This document shows positions 37,376 through 47,038 of a stretch of 64,000 nucleotides of DNA, in pieces. The stretch lies in contig CAVQEQ010000003.1 in NCBI GenBank assembly GCA_963711565.1, forward strand, positions 1,088,001 through 1,152,000, given 5' to 3'. Made by a program: the position numbers and the translations under genes. This DNA is from an uncultured delta proteobacterium. GTDB lineage: Bacteria > Desulfobacterota > Binatia > Binatales > Binataceae. Each line of letters begins with the position of its first letter. Positions within the stretch are counted from its first letter, which is position 1. Under the pieces are notes generated by a model. It did not search any database. It saw only the letters and a program-made list of their open reading frames with translations, and was not told the origin of the DNA.

Positions 37376-38547
37376 GCGTGCGCGACGACGCGATCTCGGC
37401 GCACGGCGGCGGCGAGCTGGTCGATCTGAAAGCGCCGGCGTCCGAACGCGGTGCGCTGGCCGCGCACGCGGCGAAGCTCGCGAGCGTCACGCTCAACGCG
37501 CGCGACATCGCCGACCTCGAGATGCTCGCGACCGGGGCGTTCTCGCCGCTGACCGGCTTCATGGGCGAGGCGGATTACACGCGCTCGCGCGACGCGATGC
37601 GGCTTGCGTCGGGCGTGCCGTGGTCGATTCCGATCACGCTCGGCGTCGATGAAGCGACTGCGAAATCTTTGAAGACCGGAACCGAGATCGCGCTCACGAC
37701 CGAAGATGGCAAGCGGCTGGCGATTCTCAAGCTCGCGGAAATCTACAAAGTCGATCGCAAGAACGAAGCGCAGAACGTGTTCGGCACCTCAGAGGACGCG
37801 CATCCGGGAGCGAAGAACGTCACCTCGATGCCGCCGTATTGCCTCGCGGGCAAGGTCACGTTGATCGAGGAGATACCGGGGCGCACGTTCCTGGAATTTC
37901 CGCGCGAGCCGCGGCAGACGCGCGCGGCGTTTCGCGAGCGTGGCTGGAAAAAGATCGTCGCCTTCCAGACTCGCAACCCGACTCATCGCGCGCACGAGTA
38001 TATCCAGAAAGCAGCGCTCGAAATCTGCGACGGCCTGATGATTCATCCGCTGGTCGGCGAGACCAAGGGCGACGACGTGCCCGCCGCCGTCCGGATGGAA
38101 ACCTACAAGGTGCTCCTTGACGCGTACTATCCGAAGGACCGCGCGATGATCGGCGTGTTCCCGGCGCATATGCGCTATGGCGGACCGCGCGAGGCGATTT
38201 TGCACGCGATCGCGCGGCGCAATTACGGATGCACGCACTTCATCGTGGGGCGCGATCACGCCGGCGTCGGCAATTACTACGGCAGCTACGACGCGCAGAA
38301 AATCTTCGAGCGCTTCAAGCCGGATGAACTCGGCATCACCCCGCTGACCTTCGAGAACACTTTTTACTGCAGGCGATGCAACTCGATGGCGTCGTTCAAG
38401 ACCTGCCCGCACTCGGATGCGGATCGCGTAATACTGTCAGGCACGAAAGTCCGCGAGATGCTGCGCGCCGGCGAAGCACCGCCGCCCGAATTCACGCGCC
38501 CCGAGCTCGCGGCGATTTTGGTGAAATCAATGCGCGCCGCGAAGTAG
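37372..38547 (+). CDS. sat: Sulfate adenylyltransferase
   Basis: [38 protein letters not shown]. Confidence 0.96.
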   Translation: MSVRDDAISAHGGGELVDLKAPASERGALAAHAAKLASVTLNARDIADLEMLATGAFSPLTGFMGEADYTRSRDAMRLASGVPWSIPITLGVDEATAKSLKTGTEIALTTEDGKRLAILKLAEIYKVDRKNEAQNVFGTSEDAHPGAKNVTSMPPYCLAGKVTLIEEIPGRTFLEFPREPRQTRAAFRERGWKKIVAFQTRNPTHRAHEYIQKAALEICDGLMIHPLVGETKGDDVPAAVRMETYKVLLDAYYPKDRAMIGVFPAHMRYGGPREAILHAIARRNYGCTHFIVGRDHAGVGNYYGSYDAQKIFERFKPDELGITPLTFENTFYCRRCNSMASFKTCPHSDADRVILSGTKVREMLRAGEAPPPEFTRPELAAILVKSMRAAK

Positions 38548-38548
38548 C

Positions 38549-38613
38549 TTTTAATACTGAGGTGCAGGGGTTACCCCTGCCCAAGGAAGTTTGAAACCCA
38601 CGGCGGGTTTCAT
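38549..38613 (+). repeat. Double-hairpin repeat family A, copy 1
   Basis: GGTGCAGGGGTTACCCCTGC-CCAAGGAAG-TGAAACCCACGGCGGGTTTCA. Confidence 0.85.
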
Positions 38614-38618
38614 TTCGA

Positions 38619-39497
38619 TTAAGTTCCTCTCTTGAGCGCGCGCTCCTTCGCGGCGCGCTTCGCGCGATTGGGGTCACCGGACCAGGTCCAGGCGTGCTCG
38701 GTGCGGCTGACGCCTACCAGCACGCCCAAGAACGCCGACGGGTGGATGAACAATTCGGCGAGACCGGCCTCGTCTTTGTGATGCGCCGCGAAACGCGCGC
38801 CGCGCGCTTGCAGGCGATTCTCGAGAGCACCGACGTCGTCGGTCTCGACGAAAAACATGTACAGCGAGTCGCCGCGGCGTTGATGGAACCGGCCCATCGC
38901 GAGGTTCGCGTCGGTGATTTGCGCGATCTCGATTCTGTCCAGGCGCGCGGGAGGATCGAACAGAGTGAGCGTGCCGGTGTAGCCGAACTGCTTGCTCTCA
39001 ATCGGGCTGAACTTCGCCACGTCGAGGACGAAGATGCGCGCGTAGCGGTCGGATGCCGCTTTCCAATCGCCGACGACGTTAGTGACTTCGTAGGCCCACT
39101 TGATCGCGCCGGCGGGTGCGCGCTCGTGATGCTGCGAGATGACGGTGCGCATCCCAAACGTCGCGCCGGGGTCGAGATACAGTTGTCCCGCGGATTGCTC
39201 GAAGCTGACGCCGCACTTCGCGAGATGATGCGCGGCAGCGTCGGGATCGTCCACCGAGAATCCCGCGCCGAATAATCCGCTGCCCCATTTCGAGACGAAA
39301 TCCTGGACCGCGCCGGTGCCGTCCGGTTCCAGAATCTCGATGAGGCTCGACCCGGCTTGCATCGTGGATCGCTTGGCGACGAGCGGCGTCGCCTTGTCGC
39401 GACGCACAAGTTCCCCGCCGAAGACTTCCGCGACGACCTTCTCGGCCGCACCGCTGTCGGCGACCGCTATCTGAACTCTGTCAACGCGTTTCAGCAT
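38619..39497 (-). CDS. Tandem VOC/glyoxalase-like protein
   Basis: RVDRVQIAV, IEILEP, GDSLYM, FIHPSAFLGVLV. Confidence 0.78.
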   Translation of the reverse strand: MLKRVDRVQIAVADSGAAEKVVAEVFGGELVRRDKATPLVAKRSTMQAGSSLIEILEPDGTGAVQDFVSKWGSGLFGAGFSVDDPDAAAHHLAKCGVSFEQSAGQLYLDPGATFGMRTVISQHHERAPAGAIKWAYEVTNVVGDWKAASDRYARIFVLDVAKFSPIESKQFGYTGTLTLFDPPARLDRIEIAQITDANLAMGRFHQRRGDSLYMFFVETDDVGALENRLQARGARFAAHHKDEAGLAELFIHPSAFLGVLVGVSRTEHAWTWSGDPNRAKRAAKERALKRGT

Positions 39498-39516
39498 CGT
39501 CGATCCTTCCTCGCGG

Positions 39517-39930
39517 CTACTGGAGTGGCGGCTCGTCGTCGGGCGGCGCGATCACCGGCGACCCATGATGCATCACCATGAACCACGCGTTGCCGACGCG
39601 CTCGAACACATTGGTGGCGAGCACATTCGAGCGCTGCGTACCTTCGTAGCCTCGCTGCGTGAGGTTTTCCTCGACCACGACGATCGCGAGGTCGCCGCTG
39701 ATCATCACCTCGAGCTCGCCGAGCTCGAACTTCATCTCGAACACGTTGTCGAGGATGCGCTCCCAGCTCGACATGATCGGACCCCATCCGGAAAGTTTGC
39801 GCCATCCGGGATGGATACAAATGATGCGCGGGTCTTTCAGCCAGACCGCTTCCATCTTTTCCGCGTCAAGACTCTCGAACGCGTCGTAGAAAGCGCGGTT
39901 CGCAGCGAGCACTGATTCACGATCTGACAT
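39517..39930 (-). CDS. SnoaL-like/NTF2 family protein
   Basis: ANRAFYDAF, CIHPG, ATNVF, HHGS. Confidence 0.85.
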   Translation of the reverse strand: MSDRESVLAANRAFYDAFESLDAEKMEAVWLKDPRIICIHPGWRKLSGWGPIMSSWERILDNVFEMKFELGELEVMISGDLAIVVVEENLTQRGYEGTQRSNVLATNVFERVGNAWFMVMHHGSPVIAPPDDEPPLQ

Positions 39931-39981
39931 CAGATTTTACAGCGTAGTTTTTCCGATAAGCAGGCGCCAGCGGCGGTGGTG

Positions 39982-40788
39982 TCATGACGGTGGCGACGAT
40001 TTTTGCGCCAGCGCCGCGCCGGAGGCCTGGAATCGGATTGCGTCGTCGATCAGCGTCGCGATTTTGCGCGCGGCTTCCGCTATCGGAATGCCGCCGCGGT
40101 GGATGTTCGAGATGACGGTGCGGTCGGGCTCGATCGATTTGAGCGTGGGGCGATAGATCACGTACGCACTCAGGCTCTCGGCGGTGACGAGGCCCGGGCG
40201 CTCGCCGACGATCATGCAGATGACGTTGGGGCGCAGGATTTCGCCGAGATGGTCTTCGATTCGGACGCGGGCGTTGCGGATGAAGATCGGCGTCAGGAGG
40301 CGGTAGCGCGGCGCGAGCATCTTCGTAAGTGCGCGCAGGAGAGGCGCCGCGTTTTTCTCGACCGCGGCCGACGAGAGGCCGTCGCCGACGCATACCAGGA
40401 CGGTGGGAGTCGGAGATTTGGTGCGGCCGCCTCGGAACCTAACCCCTAACCCCTTCCCGCGCGGGAAGGGGGACCGGTGTAATGGAGGTTTGATGCGCGC
40501 GACCCGGGCCGCGTCGGCGTCGGTGAGACGGCGGCCGCGCTCGGGATAGCGGATGTAATCCTCGCGCGTGAGTGCTTGCGAATGAATTTCGAGCAGGCCG
40601 TTGCGCCGCGGCCAGTCGTGCGCGACTTCGGTCATCACCGCATCGACGGCGCGCGCGTGATCGGCGCGCAGCGAGAGCATCGCTGCCGTGGTGTAGCGCG
40701 TGCCAGCGCGTCCGAGGCCGAGCCGCGCGGGAGTGGACTTGCGCATTGCGTCAAAATCGGTGTTCGCGTCGGGATCGATCTTTTTCAA
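39982..40788 (-). CDS. eutC: Ethanolamine ammonia-lyase small subunit, with an in-frame repeat insertion
   Basis: TPARLGLGRAG, DHARAVDAV, DGLS, GERPGL, RTVISNIH; TTG start overlaps the eutB stop. Confidence 0.9.
   Translation of the reverse strand: MKKIDPDANTDFDAMRKSTPARLGLGRAGTRYTTAAMLSLRADHARAVDAVMTEVAHDWPRRNGLLEIHSQALTREDYIRYPERGRRLTDADAARVARIKPPLHRSPFPRGKGLGVRFRGGRTKSPTPTVLVCVGDGLSSAAVEKNAAPLLRALTKMLAPRYRLLTPIFIRNARVRIEDHLGEILRPNVICMIVGERPGLVTAESLSAYVIYRPTLKSIEPDRTVISNIHRGGIPIAEAARKIATLIDDAIRFQASGAALAQKSSPPS
40434..40477. repeat. Family C palindrome inside the eutC coding sequence
   Basis: ggaacctaacccctaaccccttcccgcgcgggaagggggaccgg, read as RSPFPRGKGLGVRF. Confidence 0.8.
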
Positions 40789-42155
40789 TGCGAGTCCATC
40801 ACGATTCGTGCGTCGCCGGCGCGCGGTGTGAGATGGCCGTCGCGCAGGATGCCGCGACGCTCGCACCATTCCTCGAACTCGGGCGCGGGGCGCAGATTGA
40901 GTACCGCGCGCAGCGCCGCGGCGTCGTGGTAGCTGGTCGATTGATAGGAGAGCATCACGTCGTCGCCCATCGGCACCGCCATGAAGTAGTTGCATCCGGC
41001 GGACGCGAGCAGCACCGCGAGATTCTCGCAATCGTTCTGATCGGCGCGCGCGTGATTGGTGTAGCATGCGTCGGCGCCGTGCGGAACGCCGAGCAGCTTG
41101 CCCATCAGGTGATCCTCAAGGCCGGCGCGCGTGATCTGTTTCGCATCATATAGATACTCAGGCCCAATGAATCCAACGACGGTGTTGACGAGCAGCGGCG
41201 AGTAGCGGCGCGCCAGGCCGTAGCATCGCGCCTCGAGCGTGACCTGATCGGCGCCCTCGTGCGCGCCGGCGGACAGCTCCGAGCCCTGCCCGGTCTCGAA
41301 GTACATCAGATTGGGTGAACGCAGGCGGCCAGTCTCGCGAATCATCGCGTAGCCGTCATCGAGCATCGCGACCGTGATGCCGAAACCGGCGTTGCCCTTC
41401 TCAGTACCGGCGAGACTTTGAAACATGATGTCCATCGGCGCGCCGGCTTCAAGCGCGCGCATCTGGGTCGTGATATGGCCGAGCACGCAGTTCTGCGTCG
41501 GCACGCCGGTGCGATCGATAATGCCGGCGGTGAGTTCGAGCAGGCGGCGGATGTTGTCGGGCTCGTCGATGCACGGGTTGATGCCGATCAGCGCGTCGCC
41601 GGTCGCGTAGGCGAGGCCTTCGTAGGTAGCGGCGGCGATGCCGGTGAGATCGTCGCGCGGATGGTTGGGCTGCAGGCGCGTCGAGAGGCGGCCGGGAAGA
41701 CCAAGCGTGGTGCGCGCGTGAGTGACGACGCGAATCTTCGACGCGATCGCGATCAAGTCGAGATTGGTGCATAGCTTGGCGACCGCGGCGGCAATCTCGG
41801 CGGTGATGCCGCGACCGGCCGCGAGGATCGCGTCGCCGGTCGTCGCGTCGTCGAGCAGCCATTCGCGAAACTCGCCGACGGTATTGTTGCGCACGTTGGC
41901 GAAGGCGTCGCGGTCGAGCGCGTCGTCGATGACGCGCGTCACCTCGTCGCGATCGTAGGCGACGACCGGATGCTCGCGCAGATCGTTCAGCGTGAGATTG
42001 GCGAGCACGGTCTTGGCGGCGATGCGTTCCTGCTCGGAGCGCGCCGCGATACCGGCGAGTTCGTCGCCCGAGCGCGCTTCGTTGGCGCGCGCGAGCAGTT
42101 CCTTCACCGAGCGAAACCGATACGAAGTGCCGAGCAGTCGAGTCGAGAGTTTCAT
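40785..42155 (-). CDS. eutB: Ethanolamine ammonia-lyase large subunit (AdoCbl-dependent)
   Basis: RSGDELAG, RLQPNHP, GDALIGINP, YFETGQGS, VNTVVGFIGPEY, GDDVML.YQ. Confidence 0.96.
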   Translation of the reverse strand: MKLSTRLLGTSYRFRSVKELLARANEARSGDELAGIAARSEQERIAAKTVLANLTLNDLREHPVVAYDRDEVTRVIDDALDRDAFANVRNNTVGEFREWLLDDATTGDAILAAGRGITAEIAAAVAKLCTNLDLIAIASKIRVVTHARTTLGLPGRLSTRLQPNHPRDDLTGIAAATYEGLAYATGDALIGINPCIDEPDNIRRLLELTAGIIDRTGVPTQNCVLGHITTQMRALEAGAPMDIMFQSLAGTEKGNAGFGITVAMLDDGYAMIRETGRLRSPNLMYFETGQGSELSAGAHEGADQVTLEARCYGLARRYSPLLVNTVVGFIGPEYLYDAKQITRAGLEDHLMGKLLGVPHGADACYTNHARADQNDCENLAVLLASAGCNYFMAVPMGDDVMLSYQSTSYHDAAALRAVLNLRPAPEFEEWCERRGILRDGHLTPRAGDARIVMDSH

Positions 42156-42174
42156 TCCAGCTTTTGAAGCACCA

Positions 42175-42543
42175 TCATGCGGCAAAGTGAAAAACGCGGA
42201 CGCTGCTGATCAGTGCGTCGCGCCATTCGATCAGCTCGAGCACGTGCACCGGCTTTGCGTCGAGGTTCGAATGGAGGCGGTACTCGACTGCCGCGCGATC
42301 GCCGGATTCGGTGACGGTGAGGATCTCGAAACGCAGTTCGCGATAGCGCTCGAGGCCGCGACGCGCATACACGGCGATTTCATGATGGCCATTCAGCTCG
42401 AGCCTGCCGAGTTCGGGATAGATTTTCGCGATAAGCGCGCTCTGATGAGTCGCGTCGCGAGTGTAGAGCGCGACGACGCGGGCCGGATCGCGGCTTTCCC
42501 ACGCGGATTTCCATGCTTCGACGCGGGCGCTCGATGTGGGCAT
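42175..42543 (-). CDS. SnoaL-like/NTF2 family protein
   Basis: WKSAWESRD...LY..DA pattern; directly upstream of eutB. Confidence 0.75.
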   Translation of the reverse strand: MPTSSARVEAWKSAWESRDPARVVALYTRDATHQSALIAKIYPELGRLELNGHHEIAVYARRGLERYRELRFEILTVTESGDRAAVEYRLHSNLDAKPVHVLELIEWRDALISSVRVFHFAA

Positions 42544-42731
42544 GGAAAGAACTTAACGCGGCGCATTGATAAGTGGAAATGGTGCGCGACGGCAGTTGGT
42601 ACCATCGGTAGTGGTTTTTGCGTGCGCGAGCTATCGCCACCGAGATTACGCTCATTACGGTAACCGCAAGAACCCAGTAATGATTGCCGCGTGCGTGACC
42701 GAAAGATATGGACTGTCATGTGGACTGATTA

Positions 42732-42938
42732 GTGAATCCGAGCAAGATCGTTTCAGTTGCGCCGATCTTCAATAGCGATCCCCAAAGCGTGCATATTGAG
42801 GTTCTCTGTTCTCTCTGCGGTGAGCTCGATAGCGTAGTGCTTAACCTCGAAGAACCAAGAAATCTGACCTGGCTACGGCGCCACGATTTCTATTTCCTCT
42901 GCGGGCGCCATCGCCGCCCTTCGGCCGGGTCGGCTTAG
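42732..42938 (+). CDS. Possible small Zn-binding protein
   Basis: CSLC...CGRH; GTG start, weak RBS. Confidence 0.35.
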   Translation: MNPSKIVSVAPIFNSDPQSVHIEVLCSLCGELDSVVLNLEEPRNLTWLRRHDFYFLCGRHRRPSAGSA

Positions 42939-43079
42939 GACGATCTGAGAGAATCAGCGCAACGGACAATTGCGCCGCAAAGTGTCCTCCACTCTAACGC
43001 TCCTCCAACGTAAAGCAGGGAATCGGACGGAGTCGGAGTAGCGCGCGATGCACGACGCCCGTAAGATACCAGTCCGCGT

Positions 43080-43886
43080 ATGAGACTGCTTCGACTGCTT
43101 GCCGCCATCGCTTTGCTCGCCGCTGTTTCGATTTTCGCGACGATTGTGCATGCGGCGCAGATGGGGAACCTCAAGCTCGATGTGCTCGGCGATAACGGCG
43201 CTGGAGCGAAAAATCCGGCGCATGTGATTGCGGCGAACGGCAAGGAGGTCGGACAGGTGATCGCGGGTTCGTCGATCACGCTGCCGCCGGGGGAGTACAA
43301 GCTAGTGCTGCCGATTGTCGGCGGGCAGATCGTCAAGGACGGCGTTCAGATCGAGGCGGGGCGCACGCATACCGTGCTGATCGAAAATGTCGCGGCGCTG
43401 CAGGTCAGCGTGAAGTACAAGACCGGCGCCGATCCCGGTTTCGGCGTGACCGTGACGACCACCGACCTCCCGCACACCAAGGTCGTCAGCTTTATTTCGG
43501 GCGATAAGTATCTGTTCGCGCCGCAACAGGTGGACGTACACGTCAACGCGCCGCCGCAGGGATACGACTGGCACGCGGTGGCGCTCGCGCCGGGGCATCG
43601 CGCGCTGCTGACGCTCGACGAAGTGGTGCAGGCCGATTTGCTCGTGCAGCCGGTGATGTCGAAAATCACGATCAACGATTCGACGCGGGTGGTCGTCCTG
43701 CGCGCGGGCACACAGACCAAAGTCGCGGAGAGCGACCCCGGCGGCGAGCATCGGTTCAAACTTGACCCGGGCGACTACGACGTTTTTGTGGAAAACCGCT
43801 CCGGCAAGGGCAGGCCGTTCGTGACCTCGGCTGGAATCCATCTCGATTCCGGTGCAAAGGTGGTACGGACGGTCCCGCTGGACTAA
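43080..43886 (+). CDS. Exported protein with repeated beta-sandwich modules
   Basis: Signal peptide VHA; LPPGEY and LDPGDYDV motifs. Confidence 0.75.
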   Translation: MRLLRLLAAIALLAAVSIFATIVHAAQMGNLKLDVLGDNGAGAKNPAHVIAANGKEVGQVIAGSSITLPPGEYKLVLPIVGGQIVKDGVQIEAGRTHTVLIENVAALQVSVKYKTGADPGFGVTVTTTDLPHTKVVSFISGDKYLFAPQQVDVHVNAPPQGYDWHAVALAPGHRALLTLDEVVQADLLVQPVMSKITINDSTRVVVLRAGTQTKVAESDPGGEHRFKLDPGDYDVFVENRSGKGRPFVTSAGIHLDSGAKVVRTVPLD

Positions 43887-43908
43887 GGAAAAAAAGAAGA
43901 GAGGTCAG

Positions 43909-44016
43909 ATGGCAAGCGAACGGCAAAAGGAAATCAAGCGGCGGCGCAAACGGAAAAAGTCCAGGCTGCAGGCGAAGACCAGGGAGTCAAGGAAGAAGGC
44001 CCGGAAGAAGAGGTAG
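43909..44016 (+). CDS. 35-aa Lys/Arg-rich small protein (DUF6800-like)
   Basis: GAGGT RBS, then MASERQKEIKRRRKRKKSRLQAKTRESRKKARKKR*. Confidence 0.7.
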   Translation: MASERQKEIKRRRKRKKSRLQAKTRESRKKARKKR

Positions 44017-44043
44017 GAAGAAATAATCGCCTGCGCGGCGGGC

Positions 44044-44074
44044 GGCAGGGGTGACCCCTGCACCCAGTGTGAAG
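44044..44074 (-). repeat. Repeat family A, partial copy (first hairpin)
   Basis: ggcaggggtgacccctgcacccagtgt. Confidence 0.8.
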
Positions 44075-44161
44075 CGCAAAGTTGCGCGCGGCGCGCTACT
44101 TTGCTCTCAGGGGCGAGGCTCGATGGCGTACGCGGGGAAGAATTTCGGAGCGAGGTCTGAG

Positions 44162-44968
44162 ATGACATACGAGACGATCCTCTATGACGTGACGGATGAG
44201 ATTGCGACGGTTACGCTCAATCGTCCGGCCAAGATGAACTCGTACACCACGACCATGGGCGCGGAGATTACCGACGCGATGATTCGCGCCGATGCCGACG
44301 CTGTTGTGCGCGTGATCATGATCACTGGTGCGGGCGATCGCGCGTTCTGCGCGGGCGCCGATATGAGCATGTTCGCGTCGGACATCAAGACCCGCGAAGA
44401 AAAGCCGGCAGTGACCGAGCGTCGCGCACGCGCGGTCGTATCGCTGCCGCAGGTGATGCGCAATCTGTCCAAGCCGACGATTGCCGCGATCAACGGCTAC
44501 GCACTCGGCGTAGGATGCACGATTCCGCTGCTGTTCGACGTGCGAATCGCGTCGGACAACGCCAAGATGGGCGTGATCTTCCCGCGCGTCGGCCTGATGA
44601 GCGAGCTGGGATCGAGCTACCTGATGCCGCGGCTGATCGGGCTCGCGCGCACGGCCGAGATGATGCTGACGGGGCGGCAATACCCCGCCGGCGAATGCCT
44701 CGCGATGGGTCTCGTGAGCCGCGTCGTGCCTTTGGCGAACCTTATGACGACAGCGCGCGAGCTGGCGGGCGACATGCTGCAATGCTCGCCAACGTCGCTG
44801 GCGTACACGCGCAAGGCGCTGTACCAGGGACTCGACGGCACGCTCGAAACGGCGATGGCGTTCGAGGGCTTCGCGCTCGAGAAATGCTACGTGAGCCCCG
44901 AGCACAAGGAATACGTCGCGGCATTCCTGGAAAAGCGCAAACCAAATTTCAAAAAGGCGAAAGCGTAA
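44162..44968 (+). CDS. Enoyl-CoA hydratase/isomerase family protein
   Basis: TLNRP, AFCAGAD, KPTIAAINGYALG, FLEKRKP. Confidence 0.92.
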   Translation: MTYETILYDVTDEIATVTLNRPAKMNSYTTTMGAEITDAMIRADADAVVRVIMITGAGDRAFCAGADMSMFASDIKTREEKPAVTERRARAVVSLPQVMRNLSKPTIAAINGYALGVGCTIPLLFDVRIASDNAKMGVIFPRVGLMSELGSSYLMPRLIGLARTAEMMLTGRQYPAGECLAMGLVSRVVPLANLMTTARELAGDMLQCSPTSLAYTRKALYQGLDGTLETAMAFEGFALEKCYVSPEHKEYVAAFLEKRKPNFKKAKA

Positions 44969-45148
44969 GACCCACCAAGGAGGGCGGGACAAGGCCCATC
45001 GCAGAGACTTGACCGAGGCGATGCCAGAGACTAAGTTTTGCCAGTAGATAACTTAGTGAGTCTTATTTATCATCTTAATCAAAGCAGGCTCCGCCGTTGA
45101 GTTTGGCGGAGGTCATCAAAAAGAAATTCCAAGAGGCAGGTAAGGATT

Positions 45149-45787
45149 ATGGCACTTCATATCGGAAGCGTGGCACCGGATTTTACCCAGGAATCGACCG
45201 AGGGCCCGATTCATTTTCACGAATGGATTGGCGACAAGTGGGCGATTCTGTTCTCGCATCCCAAGGACTTCACCCCCGTCTGCACGACCGAGCTCGGCAC
45301 CGTGGCCAAGCTCAAGGGCGAGTTCGACAAGCGCAATATCAAGGCGATTGGCGTGAGCGTCGATGACGTGCCGTCGCATAAGAAGTGGGTCGGCGATATC
45401 GAGGAGACGCAGAACACCAAGCTGAACTTTCCGCTCCTCGGCGACGCCGACAAGAAAGTCGCGAAGCTCTACGACATGATTCATCCGGAATGGAACGACA
45501 CGCTGACGGTGCGCTCGGTTTTCGTGATCGATCACAACAAGAAAATCCGCCTGACGCTCACCTACCCCGCCAGCACTGGGCGCAACTTCCAGGAAATCCT
45601 GCGCGCGATCGACTCGCTGCAGCTCACCGACAAGTACTCGGTGGCGACGCCGGCCGACTGGAAGAAGGGCGAGGACGTGATCATCGTGCCGTCGCTGCAG
45701 GATCCTGAAGTTATCAAGCAGAAGTTCCCCAAGGGCTACAAGGCAGTGAGGCCGTACTTGCGCATCACGCCCGACCCGAGCAAGTAG
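45149..45787 (+). CDS. 1-Cys peroxiredoxin (Prx6)
   Basis: FSHPKDFTPVCTTE, YPASTGRNF, ATPADW. Confidence 0.95.
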   Translation: MALHIGSVAPDFTQESTEGPIHFHEWIGDKWAILFSHPKDFTPVCTTELGTVAKLKGEFDKRNIKAIGVSVDDVPSHKKWVGDIEETQNTKLNFPLLGDADKKVAKLYDMIHPEWNDTLTVRSVFVIDHNKKIRLTLTYPASTGRNFQEILRAIDSLQLTDKYSVATPADWKKGEDVIIVPSLQDPEVIKQKFPKGYKAVRPYLRITPDPSK

Positions 45788-45819
45788 CAGGGGTGACCCC
45801 TGCACCCAGTATTAAGAGA
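45787..45819 (-). repeat. Repeat family A, partial copy
   Basis: gcaggggtgacccctgcacccagtattaagaga. Confidence 0.8.
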
Positions 45820-45852
45820 AGCGGCTCTCCTCGCGGAGGGCCGCTTTTGTTT
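45819..45852 (+). terminator. Intrinsic terminator
   Basis: AAGCGGCTCTCC-TCGC-GGAGGGCCGCTT followed by TTGTTT. Confidence 0.75.
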
Positions 45853-45863
45853 GTCGTCATGCG

Positions 45864-46979
45864 TCAGGGGTCGAGATCGATCGCGCGCTTCTCGCGCGCG
45901 CTGCGCTCCGCCGCGACGCCTATCGCTACGGCCCGCAATCCGTCCTCCGCCGTGACTTCGACCGCGCCCTGACCGCGTATCGCGGCGAGGAACGCGCCGT
46001 GCTGATAGTAGGTCGCGCCGTGATGGTGCCCGGCGCGCAGCACCTGCTCATCGACCACGACGTGCTCGCGCTCGACTTTCTTCGGGGCGAATCCTACCCG
46101 CGGACTGAAGACGATGTCGCCGTCGGGAATCAGGACTTCGAGCTTCGCGCGATCGCCCACCGCCGCGATCTCCTGCTCGTTGCGCGAGCCTTCGGCGAAC
46201 ATGCACAGATCGAGCATCGCACGCGCGCCGTTGGCAAAATCGACGATCGTGTAACTATTGTCGATGATGTCGGGCTTCTCGCCGGCGTATCTTTCGTCCC
46301 GGTGATTTACGTCCATCGCGCCCGAGCAGAACACGCGGGTTGGCTCCGCATCGACGATCAGCCGCATCAGATCGAAAAAATGGCAGCACTTCTCGACCAT
46401 CGTTCCGCCCGTATTTCGGTTGAAGCGATTCCAATCGCCGACTTTCCGCAGGAATGGAAACCGATGCTCCCGAATCGCGAGCATCCGCAGGTTCCCGACC
46501 GCCCCAGCCTTCACCCGCGCGACGAACTCGGCCACCGGCGGCATGTAGCGATACTCCATGCCGACCCAGAAGACGCCGCCCGTCCGCTCCGTGTGCGCGA
46601 GCGCAGCGTCCACCGTTCGGCGCGCGTCGTCGAGCGTCGTGCACAACGGCTTCTCGCACAGGATATGCAATCCGGTGCCGAACAGCGGCTTGAGCGTGTC
46701 ATGATGAGTATGGTTGGGTGAGGCGACGATGACCGCATCGAGCGCAAAGCCGGAATTTCTCGCCGCGACTAGCGCGGCGCAATCGTCAAACGTCTCGACC
46801 TTGTTCGCATCCTCGCCGAGCGCCGCCTTCGCCTTGTCGAGCGATCTTCGCGTCGGATCGGAAAGCGCGACGATTTGCGCATCTGGACGAAGCTTGAGAT
46901 TCCTGATGTGCTCGATTCCCATCAGGCCCGTGCCGACGATCGCAAAGCGCACCTTGCCGCCGTCATGTTTCACCGCCAT
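45864..46979 (-). CDS. Gfo/Idh/MocA-fold protein, probable NAD+-dependent sulfoquinovosidase (GH188/SqgA-like)
   Basis: GTGLMGIEH, CEKP, MEYRYMP, EHRFPFLRKVGDWNRF, GGTMVEKCCHFFDLM. Confidence 0.75.
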   Translation of the reverse strand: MAVKHDGGKVRFAIVGTGLMGIEHIRNLKLRPDAQIVALSDPTRRSLDKAKAALGEDANKVETFDDCAALVAARNSGFALDAVIVASPNHTHHDTLKPLFGTGLHILCEKPLCTTLDDARRTVDAALAHTERTGGVFWVGMEYRYMPPVAEFVARVKAGAVGNLRMLAIREHRFPFLRKVGDWNRFNRNTGGTMVEKCCHFFDLMRLIVDAEPTRVFCSGAMDVNHRDERYAGEKPDIIDNSYTIVDFANGARAMLDLCMFAEGSRNEQEIAAVGDRAKLEVLIPDGDIVFSPRVGFAPKKVEREHVVVDEQVLRAGHHHGATYYQHGAFLAAIRGQGAVEVTAEDGLRAVAIGVAAERSAREKRAIDLDP

Positions 46980-47038
46980 GAATTCTCACTCCGTCGCTCA
47001 GCCGAAAACTCTACTATGAATCCTGTCGAGTCGCTGCC

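Noticed and set aside
42544-43079. Possible cobalamin riboswitch or ncRNA upstream of the eutBC run
   Set aside because: No B12-box or AGGGAA/GCCACTG core was recognisable on either strand.
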